From: Octopus vulgaris
Taxonomy: Eukaryota
NCBI GenBank assembly: GCA_951406725.2
Contig: OX597831.1
Span: 54,808,001 to 54,872,000, forward strand
Direction: 5' to 3'
Length of the DNA stretch: 64,000 bases
Shown here: piece by piece, positions 53,904-64,000 of the stretch
Position numbering within the stretch: the stretch's first letter is position 1
How the letters are laid out: each line of letters opens with the position of its first letter
The notes under the pieces: model-generated
Seen by the model: the letters and a program-made list of their open reading frames with translations, nothing else
Databases searched by the model: none
Told to the model about the DNA's origin: nothing
Translations under genes and position numbers: made by a program

Positions 53904-54180
53904 TATTTTTTTAAGAGAGATAGAGTTCCTTTCTGATAGATCTTTTCCTCTTATATATATATATATATATATATAGGCATATCAAAAATAAATACATAAA
54001 CCGCAAAAATCAAAAAGACGTACACGGTGAATATATTAGGTTGATGCTCAGTCAAAATGGAAAAAAGGGGTGGGGTGATGTTTTGAACATGGCTTTTCGT
54101 CGGAAAGAGGAAATAAGAAAGGACCGGAACCGGAGGGGAGGAGAAGAATATTACGAGAAAAGTACGTGTCGTTGTATATA

Positions 54181-54353
54181 TGTACATTATTTACATTATT
54201 TACATTTGACGGATATTTGTCCTCATCTTGTTTGTTGTTAACACAACCTTTTGGCTGATATACCCTCCAGCCTTCATCATGTGTCTTGGGGAAATTTCGA
54301 ACCTGGCTTCTCATTCCTGAGGTATTTTTCGATGTTATTATTATTATTATTAA

Positions 54354-54418
<65 letters not shown>

Positions 54419-54495
54419 TCACTGCCTGGAATCGAACTCGGAATCTTGGGGCTAGTAGCCCGCGCACTTAACCACTACGCCATATGCCCGTGGGC

Positions 54496-54500
<5 letters not shown>
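54181..54500 (-). mobile_element. tRNA-headed SINE-like element with (AAT)n spacer and degenerate HHR tail
   Basis: Box A TGGCGTAGTGG and box B GAGTTCGATTCC (54423-54489). gacac-ATGATGA-a ggctg..cagcc-AAAA-gg-TT-gtgtt at 54240-54285. Confidence 0.7.
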
Positions 54501-54526
<26 letters not shown>

Positions 54527-54544
54527 TGTATGTATGTATGTTAT

Positions 54545-55100
54545 GTCAGGTCACTCACGTGTGCTACTGGTAACATGTAACCCAGTACAACCTGTTGCAT
54601 GGTCGGGTCGTCGGCGACTAAACCGGCAACCCCACCAACCTTGCTTGGTGAGGAGGGTGTTTATTGGACACCTTGCGGGATGAAAAACAAAACCCATCAA
54701 AGGGCGGAGGAACTCTTGAGAGTCAACGGTCATCCAATAAATGTCTTAAGGCTGTATCATGCGCGGGGAAATAGAAATAATCGGACTAAATACCCGATCG
54801 CGCGGTTAAACCATTGGGAGTGAAGGACTCCTAGCCTTTGTTAGGGCATCCTTCTAGGAGAAGGTAACTCAGGTAACTGGGATAACTCCGACATAAAACC
54901 TGCGGCTCAGTGGTTACCGATGATGTTGACTTGTTCTTATTTTCGGATTATGGCTGCTGTTGCTTAGTGAGTGGGATTGACTCAGTGCACAGCCTTTCCT
55001 CACTTTAAAAAAAAATCTTCTTGCACAGGCATTGCACGATAACAACATTGATTAAGCTTCGTGCAATGGCCATACTCGATAACGAGGGGGCAGCCACCAT
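54545..55100 (+). mobile_element. RTE-related non-autonomous element flanked by (ATGT)n
   Basis: 'ctaggagaaggtaactc' resembles RTE 5'-UTR motifs (also at 41698). Homologous to 40484-41130. Confidence 0.6.
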
Positions 55101-55481
55101 GTATGTATGTATGTATGTATGTATGTATGTATGTATGTATGTATGTATGTATGCATATATGTATGTATGTGTCTATGTGGTTAGCGTCTTGCAGACTTGC
55201 GCGTTGTATCCTTCACGTTACCCAGGATTCACGTCGATATCTGACGAGTAGCACGCTGTGAACTTGTACAGACAATGTGTATTTGATGGAGGGAGTGAGC
55301 TAATGTACAGCACAAATTATTTGATCATTATAAACAATGCACTTGTGTAGATTGTTCAGCAAGAAGATGCAGAACCCTCACCTGTCGAAGAGAAAATTTG
55401 GTGTGTGTGTGATATAGTGATTTGAAAACTTCGATTAACTGGGATTGTCCTTGTAATGAATGGGCAAAAATCTCCAATTAT

Positions 55482-55645
55482 AGGCGTAGGAGTGGCTGTT
55501 TGGTAAGTAGCTTGCTTACCAACCACATGGTTCCAGGTTCAGTCCCACCGCGTGCCACCTTGGGAAAGTGTCTTCTACTATAGCCTCGGGCCGACCAAAG
55601 CCTTGTGAGTGGATTTGGTAGACGGAAACTGAAAGAATCCTTTCG

Positions 55646-55680
<35 letters not shown>

Positions 55681-55900
55681 ATATGCTTGTGTGTCTATGT
55701 TTGTCCCCCCAACATCGCTTGACAACCGATACTGGTGTGTTTACGTCCCCGTAACTTAGCGGTTCGGCAAAGGGGACCGATAGAATAAGTACTAGGCTTG
55801 CAAAGAATAAGTCCCAGGGTCGATTTGCTCGACTAAAGGCGGTGCTCCAGCATGGCCACAGTCAAATGACTGAAACAAGTAAAAGAGTAAAAGAGTAAAA
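55482..55900 (+). mobile_element. tRNA-SINE family B, full length
   Basis: 'ggcgtaggagtggctgtttggtaag..ggttcagtccc..accttgggaaagtgtcttct' with an (AAGAGTA) tail. Confidence 0.92.
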
Positions 55901-56499
55901 GAATTTGAAAGATGTTTTAAATCTGAAAACAACAATCATGGGAGATAACTTCAGTAAGAGCAAACGATTGAAATTCTTGGACAATATAGACAATGTGCGT
56001 AGACTGGAATGGATATGGACTTCAAAGTCGACGGGTGAAGGAAACGAATGTACATCGATCCTATCAAATCTCTTCGGCGATGCATATTCTACTTTACATT
56101 GCACACCTAAATCAGAAACCCTGCAATCTTCACTGCTACCATGAACACCATCCTCATAACCACCACCACCAACGACAACAACAATAACAACGACAATAAT
56201 AACAGTAACAGCAACAACAACATCACTACGTCCTTCGTGGGTTTAAACAAGTTTCCAATGAAAGGAGTATTTTGATTAATGATGGATAAATTAATTACTT
56301 TCTTTCAACTGTTCCTTAACTACGCAAAAGCCTCTGAAAAAAAAACTATAAAAAAAAAAAGAAACATTCCGCACTACTACAATTGCCACCGCCGTCGCCG
56401 CCGTTGTCACGAAATATCATTTTACATTTCTTTGTAACCTGACATTTCTCATTAACCTAGTTACTTTAAGAATTGCATTGTACAAAAGTACTTGAAGGT

Positions 56500-56700
56500 G
56501 AAAGCGGTTCCTCTAATAATTGGAGTGTTAGACATGATATGAGAAAAAGAAATGTAAAGAAACATAAGAAATATACCAAGGTTCACAACACTATACATTG
56601 TTGTCCAAAAGTAGCTTTGCTAGGAACAGTCTACGTCTTGTGCAAGACACTATCAATTCAATAGAGTAACTCAAATAGAATAATCTTCACACACAACATA
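56500..56700 (+). pseudogene. R4/Dong-like LINE extreme 3' end
   Basis: KVALLGTVYVLCKTL resembles the typical QKxALLGTxxILRK C-terminus. Confidence 0.45.
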
Positions 56701-57206
56701 TACCCTATATAACAAACGCCAAATAATCTAAAACAAGACAACTCACACATCATGATATAATACAAGATTAAGGGCCCAATAAAATAACACAACTTATGTT
56801 GCACACACAGCACCCACAACAGAACGCACAGTAATATAACAAGAAACTAAGCCCAATGACAAAGCAAACTGGTGCAGTAAACCAACAAGTGCAAGATGAG
56901 TCAACAACCCACGGAGGTGAACTAGGTAGTGTAGCTGAAACTCGGATGAAGGTACGGATGAAAAATTTTCCAGAATTCTCCCTACTAAAGGCGCGAAACC
57001 TTGAATTTGGCGGGAAGGGACTAATTGATTATACTGGTCCCAGTGCTCAAGTGGTACTTTATTTTATCGACCCCCAAAAGAATAAAAAGCAAATATCAAC
57101 CTCGGTGGAACTTGAACATAGAACATAAAGCCGGTAAAAAACGTCCGTAAGCATATTGTGCAGCGCGCTAAAGCTTGTAGCAGCTCACCGACTTAATGAG
57201 CCTGTC

Positions 57207-57740
<534 letters not shown>

Positions 57741-57995
57741 CAAGTAAGGTAACTGAATAAAGTTACTAACACTGCTTCCTTCTGAGGATGGCCCTTTTTA
57801 CTTGAAATATAAAGGGTTCTTAAAAAAAACTTTCTGCATTGTTAGAAGCTTTCTTTTTTTTCTTACTCTTCTTCGGTACTACAGTGCTTAAGTGAACTAC
57901 ACCTTGCTGATACATATTTGTTTGTGTGTGTGTGTGTGTGTGTGTGTGCTTACATACACAGACATATATGTATGTATATATACAAGTATGTGTAT

Positions 57996-58475
57996 TTATT
58001 TATATTATATAGAGGGCATTATTACACATAAATGCCTCACACTAAGAGGGACATAAGTCATTTCTACCAAAAATTTCACTAATCATACCCAATGCAGTTT
58101 TTCAAAGCAAGACACTTAAAAAATGAATTTAGTCCTATATCACGAAATGCAGTTCGAAAAAGCCCGCCATTTACCGGATATATGATTTATAAACTTCTCC
58201 ATGTGCTTCGTTAGAAAGAGCAGTTGGCTGTTCAACTTCGACAGTGCTGGTAGTTTATTTATGATGTGTTCAGAATCAGTTCTACTGATGAGCATGGACG
58301 CAAATTTTTATGCGGTGAGTGCGAAATCACAGGTGATATAGGACTAAATTCATTTTGTGTCTTGCTTTGAAAAACTGCATTGGGTATGATTAGTGAAATT
58401 TTTGGTAGAAATGACTTATGTCCCTCTTAGTGTGAGGCATTTATGTGTAATAATGCCCTCTATATAATATAAATT
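57996..58475 (+). mobile_element. Fold-back pLTR-like element with a canonical HHR
   Basis: About 57999-58143 is inverted at about 58333-58474. Confidence 0.8.
58278..58345 (+). ncRNA. Canonical type I hammerhead ribozyme
   Basis: agttcta-CTGATGA-gcat..cgca/tgcg..gtgc-GAAA-tcac ag gtga-TA-taggact. Confidence 0.88.
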
Positions 58476-58811
58476 AATATGTTCAAAGGAAAAAAATTAT
58501 TTTCGAATTTTTTCTCTTATGAGGTTTTTCACGCTATCTACCTGATAATTTCTTGTTAAGATTCCTTATTAAGAAGTTATCCTTAATTGTTAAATGTATT
58601 TATTTATATATATATTTTATATTCGAGTAGAAACCTAATAGTACGTTGTTTAAAGCCCGTCCACAATATCCGGTAACCTGATGTCAATAACAATATATGC
58701 CATTCTATTTCAGTTCATTATAGAAACGATGGAATGCTACACTAATTGAAATACATTGCTATAGAAATAAGCGAAACAGCAAGTGAAAAAAATCTGCTTC
58801 ATTTTGAAAAG

Positions 58812-58913
58812 TCACCTGAGACGCATCTAAATATATTATGCATGACAATTGTTTGTACAGCATCTTACCTGTAAGAGATACGGGTGCATGATGTGTCGAA
58901 ACGATCGTAGTGG
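58812..58913 (+). ncRNA. Degenerate hammerhead (3 nt missing from the core)
   Basis: tcac-CTGA(---)-gacgcatc..gatgtgtc (8-bp stem II)-GAAA-cgatcg-TA-gtgg, then aataaa. Confidence 0.65.
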
Positions 58914-60313
58914 TCCTGAATAAAGAGTATCGTAGATTCCATTTTTTTGTCTCTCATCTTTTTATACTTGTGTGTGACCAAAGTAGCCTCAATTTTCTTA
59001 GGTCGTTCAATTTACCCCAATTGATCAATAGACCAATTGGGTAAACCTATCAATAATGTACCTATAATGACTACTGGAAACATCTGTAAGCCAAATTTGC
59101 TTTAATAAAGGAATTATATATAATGACCATTATTTTTAACTTGTTTCTTTTATACATATATATATTTGTGTGTGTATACGTGTGTCTGTGCGTCATTGAA
59201 TTTATGTTAGTCCCTCCCCCCACTACTAACTGTATTAGTTTGTTTTTGTCCCTGTTTCTTAGCAGTTCGAGAAAGAGGCTGCTGTAAAAGTACCTTAAAC
59301 TAGAAACTCTTCAGGGTGGTGCCCCAGCATCGTCGCAACTCAGTGACTGAAGCAAGTAAAAAATAGATATGCTCTAGATTATATTATCTAATATCGCTAC
59401 CTTTTTAGACGATAGCAGAGGTGGGTTGTTTCAAACAAATTTGATTACCATTTTTCAGCAAGTCATGTGACCCCTGGGTCGAGTGTAGGGCCCTCTCCAC
59501 CCCATCAGCTCATAACAACTAACTCCCTCCCGTCTTTGTTTTTTTTTTTAATGCATCGTATACTACAGATGATAGTATTCAATATGGACACACGTTTTAA
59601 ATGATAGCGGGGTGTATGTGTGCTTATGTGTGGTTTGTAGTAAATCCGACTACAATTCAATAGCAAGTCGAGTCATCCCCTAGTGTTGGCGGGATTTCGT
59701 CGAGTAAATAACCATGAGTAAAAGATAAGTGCTGAATAATCTTCATAAATTAGCGGTATTGTATAAGCTTCTGCTCTTTTATGAATCAGCGGAAAACGAG
59801 GAAATGATGGTAATGGCAGTGAATTTTATAACATTCTTGTCCGTACTACAGAACGTCTCTATTCACAATGAAATAAATTTGACAATAATGTGACCGTCAT
59901 AAACGTGCCTGTTACTCTCAATGCCACCTGTCACATTTTTTCGGTTTAATTCGGGGTATGGGTGTTACTTATTTTTATTGTTATTATTTTCATTTACATC
60001 GTCACTGTCATTCCATTATATCATGCGGTTCTCACGGCGTTAGACAACGAATGAGGACTCTGCAATTTCTTGCCGAACAACCACACAGATGGTTTGTTTA
60101 TAGTGATCAAATGTTTATGCTAACATAGGCTCACTCCCTCCATCAACTTGACATTACCTGTACAAGTGCACGATGTTCCACATGTCAGATGACAAAATGA
60201 TCACAGAGAACGTGAAATGTAGTGTTTTGCTCAAGAACACAACGCAGTGCCCGGTCTCACAATCCTGAGCGCAACAACCAAATCACTAAGCCATTCGCCT
60301 TCACATTCCATTA

Positions 60314-60371
<58 letters not shown>

Positions 60372-60375
<4 letters not shown>

Positions 60376-60450
60376 GGTCCCGGTACTCAATACATAGCAG
60401 AGTAAAGTAATTTATTTTATAGAAGGAGCTTCTATAGAAGCTCCTTCTAT

Positions 60451-60456
<6 letters not shown>
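60372..60456 (-). mobile_element. Mini-insertion of the 10672-12803 PLE pLTR 3' end, in (TA)n
   Basis: Matches 12711-12803 with an internal deletion. Perfect 44-bp palindrome at 60413-60456. Confidence 0.85.
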
Positions 60457-60549
<93 letters not shown>

Positions 60550-60612
60550 GTATGTATGTATGTATGTATGTATGTATGTATGTATGTATGTATGTATGCA
60601 TGTATATGTATG

Positions 60613-61871
60613 CAGGGGTTAGACAAAATAATGGAAACACCTAGCATCATAGCATCATAATTTTGAAATATCTTTAAAAAACGTCAAAAGCTTGTTTTTT
60701 TATGTTTTGTGATTTATTGTTTGTGTTGCTTAATATGTTGTACTAAAACTGGTGTGTCTTTTCAGATATCAGAAAAAGGTAATTAAAATTCATTAAAATG
60801 ACAGATCTAACGGACTTTCAAAGAAGTCAAATTGTTGGTGCTCGTATGGCAGGCGCTAGCGTAACGAAAACAGCCGAAATGCTTGGTGCATCAAGAAGTA
60901 CTGTCTCGAAAGTAATGACAGACTTTGAGAATGAGGGAAAAACCTACTCGTCGAAACAAAACTCTGGAAGAAAAATAAAACTTTCAGATAGTGATCGTCG
61001 CTCTCTTACGCGAATTGTTAGAAAGGATCGCAAAAGTACAACTCTTCAAATTACTGCAGAGCTTAATGACCACCTTGAGAACCCAGTTTCCACAAAAACT
61101 ATTCACCGGGAGCTGCACAAAGCCGGATTTCACTGGAGGGCTGCAATCAGAAGACCACTATTTTCAAAAACAAAAGTTGCAAAGCGTTTAGAGTGGAGTA
61201 AAAACCTACAGAATTGGTCCCTAGAGCAGTGGAATTATGTTATTTTCTCGGACGAGTCATCCTTTACTATATTTCTGACAACCGACGTGTGGAGACAGCC
61301 AAAAGAACCATTTGACCCAGACTGCCTTCTTCCAACTGTTAAACATGGAGGAGGATCTGTGATGATCTGGGGTGCTATATCTTGGAAATTTGCTGGCCCA
61401 ATGGTTTCCCTTTATGGCAGAATTAATAGTCAAGACAATTTAAGCATTTTATCTGATCAAATTCCTCCTATGGTTGCGGAACTGTTTCCGGAGGGAAGCA
61501 CAATATTTCACGAGGATAATGCACCAATCCACACAGCTAAAGTTGCTACTGAATTGCACAAAGAACATTCTAGTGAAGTTGAACATCTTATCTGGCCACC
61601 ACAGTCCCCACATCTCAATATTATTGAAAATTTATTGTGCATTTTAGAAAAACAAATAAGGATTCAATATCCTCCACCATTATCACTACAAGAGCTGGAG
61701 ACTGTTTTAGCTGAAGAACGGACGAAAATTCCTTTAGAAACAATTCAAATTTGTACGAGTCCTTACCTTGTAGAATTCAAGCTGTAATTACTGCCAAAAG
61801 CCCTCCTACCCCATATTAAAATTAATTTGTTTGAAATTTCAAGGTGTTTTTATTATTTTGTCCAACCCCTG
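60613..61871 (+). mobile_element. Tc1-like transposon, near full length
   Basis: TIRs 'caggggtt(a/g)gacaaaataat' and a TA flank on the right. Confidence 0.95.
60798..61787 (+). CDS. Tc1-like transposase, DD36E spacing, C-terminal frameshift (probably inactive)
   Basis: HTH region, SGRK (GRPR-like), FSDES, GGGSVMIWG, EDNAPIH and WPPQSPHLNIIE; 36 residues between the second D and E. Confidence 0.85.
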   Translation: MTDLTDFQRSQIVGARMAGASVTKTAEMLGASRSTVSKVMTDFENEGKTYSSKQNSGRKIKLSDSDRRSLTRIVRKDRKSTTLQITAELNDHLENPVSTKTIHRELHKAGFHWRAAIRRPLFSKTKVAKRLEWSKNLQNWSLEQWNYVIFSDESSFTIFLTTDVWRQPKEPFDPDCLLPTVKHGGGSVMIWGAISWKFAGPMVSLYGRINSQDNLSILSDQIPPMVAELFPEGSTIFHEDNAPIHTAKVATELHKEHSSEVEHLIWPPQSPHLNIIENLLCILEKQIRIQYPPPLSLQELETVLAEERTKIPLETIQICTSPYLVEFKL

Positions 61872-61875
61872 TATA

Positions 61876-63174
61876 TTGGGTCATCCCATAAATAATGTTT
61901 TTTTTTTCAATTGCAATAAACTACCTGCATCAACTTGCTATAAAAGCAGGTAGTAAATTTACTTTGGTCTTATTCTTAGTGCAAGTTTTGAAGAGTGTAG
62001 TTCGATTTTAACAGTTAATTTTTCAAAGCTATAATAGAAATGACAAAGGAGCATATTCGGTATATTTTGCTTTATGAGTTCAATAAAGGCAACAACACAA
62101 TGGAAAGTGCAAGGAATATTAAAGCAGTATATAGGGATCAGACAATAAGCGCAATCTAGTGTCAACGGTGGTTCCAGAAATTCCGAGCCGGAAACTACAG
62201 CCAAGGAGACGAGCGTCGTCTTGGAAGTTCCGTTGAGCTTAATGAGGACGTCCTGCAAACACTGGTGGAATAAAATCTCATCGTATCTGTTGAGGAACTA
62301 GCAGAGAAACTTGGATTTGGTCATTCAACCATTCATCGATACCTGCGTGCCATCGGAAAAGTCAACAAATTGAGTCATTGGGTTCCTCACAAACTTTCTG
62401 AGTCTAATCTCGTGCAGAGAGTGAATGTGTGCTCTTCTTTGCTATCATGTCTCACGACTGAACCTTTTTTAGGACGAATAGTGACTGGTGACGTAAATGG
62501 GCTCTCTATAAAAATGTCAAGCGTCGAAGACAGTGGTTAGGGAAAGGAAAAATACCAGCACTCCAAGCTAAAGAAGGTCTTCACTCACGTAAGGTGCTGT
62601 TGTCTGTTTGGTAGGATATGAAAGGTTTAGTCCACTTGGAACTTTTAAACCCAAACCAAACGATAACAAAGGAGATCTGCTGCGAGCAGCTTGAGCGGCT
62701 TAAGTCAGTGATAGAAGAAAAACCACTATTTTTGGTTTCAAAATGAAAAGTGTACCCCCATCAGGAATGTCAGCGATAATGACATTCCAAAGGCTAGAGC
62801 AGTTTGAAGGGAAAATGATGCCCCACCATATTCGCCGAACCCACCATATTCGCTGAACCCACCATATTTACCGAAACCACCATATTCGCCGGACAATGCC
62901 GCATCTGATTATCATTTATTCCGTAGTCTTCAAAATCATTTGGACAGAAAAAATATGAATTCTGTAGACGAGGTAAGAACAGTACTGGAGGAGTATTTTT
63001 CGTCACGGGCAAGTGAATTTTGGAAGTGGGACCTTGCAAGTCTACCAGATAGATGGAAGAGCATTGTAGAAAATTAAGGAAAGCATATTTTAGATTAAGA
63101 AAGAATTTTGCTTATCTTATTTTGAAAAATAAAAGAAGTATAAAAAAAAACACACCATTTATGGGATGACCCAA
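61876..63174 (+). mobile_element. Decayed mariner element
   Basis: TIRs 'ttgggtcatcccataaat'. WVPHKL, RIVTGD and PPYSPD..SDYHLF motifs. A solo TIR-like copy sits at 42327-42349. Confidence 0.92.
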
Positions 63175-64000
63175 TGTGTGTGTGTGTGTGTGTGTGTGTG
63201 CGTGCGTACGAAATTATCATCAAAATAGAAAGTAATTAGTAATGAACTACCTCATTACGAATTTAATCTCCCAGGGACACCAACAAGAACAATAAAGCAA
63301 CAACGAAGCCACAACAGTAACAACAAAAGCTCTGCTCATATTTAAAATTCTTGGTAGGCTGACAAATGCCACTGTAATTTTGATGGCGAAACCCACGGAT
63401 TTACGAAAAACGTGTTTTTTCTGATGAACTTCATTTAAAAACAAGAATTCGAAATAATTATGAGCACAACGTGAGAGAAAAGTAACTGGCAGAGTAGTTA
63501 GATATTGTTGTGGTTTTTTTAGTTATTTTCGTTTATGTGTTAATGAATTGTCAATCAACATTTGTAGTCGAAATCCAGAAGGTGGGGTGTATAATGTGAT
63601 TTGGTGAGACCCAGAATGAATAATCAAGCAGAGTAATGCGAGTACAGAAGATAGACCAGACAGTTAGCATCTTCATAACAGAATCAGAAAAGAAGGAATA
63701 GTGTCTAGGTTCTCGCTGCTGCTCCTTCTTCTTTTGCTGCTATTTAACTCTGCTGCCAACTCCGATTTAGCAATTTTATGATGAAAGGCATCCCAGCCGT
63801 GACCATCTCATAGTTTTAGAGACATCTGAGATTACATTATCCAATGTGTCCTTAATTTGTTTTGTGATTCAAGAGAGGAACAGTGAATTGGAGAGAGTGA
63901 CAGAGAGATGGAGAGAGAGACAGGGAGATGGAGAGAGACAGAGAGAGATGGAGAGAGAGAGAAGGAGAGAGGGGAAAAAGAGAGAGATTTGGCTGCTATT

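Overview
AT-rich, microsatellite-saturated eukaryotic DNA with no recognisable host gene. The SINE set (Deu/Nin-type, CORE-like and Meta/V-like tRNA SINEs) suggests a cephalopod such as Octopus; this is inference. The window is a mosaic of tRNA-derived SINEs, decayed Penelope-like elements (PLEs) of three GIY-YIG types, R4/Dong-like and Tx1-like LINE fragments, a Helitron helicase remnant, four Tc1/mariner elements and a MITE. Most ORFs in the track are microsatellite read-throughs. The main hidden signal is about 20 type-I hammerhead-ribozyme (HHR) motifs from roughly a dozen sequence families. Most sit in short inverted or tandem pLTR-like units inserted into (TA)n tracts. They include a non-coding 560-bp tandem retrozyme-like element, a tRNA-headed SINE with an HHR-like tail, cores with a compensatory U3-A8 swap and other variants, and an 85-bp insertion that starts at the predicted cleavage site of its family's ribozyme. 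All folds were read by eye and none was computed or tested.
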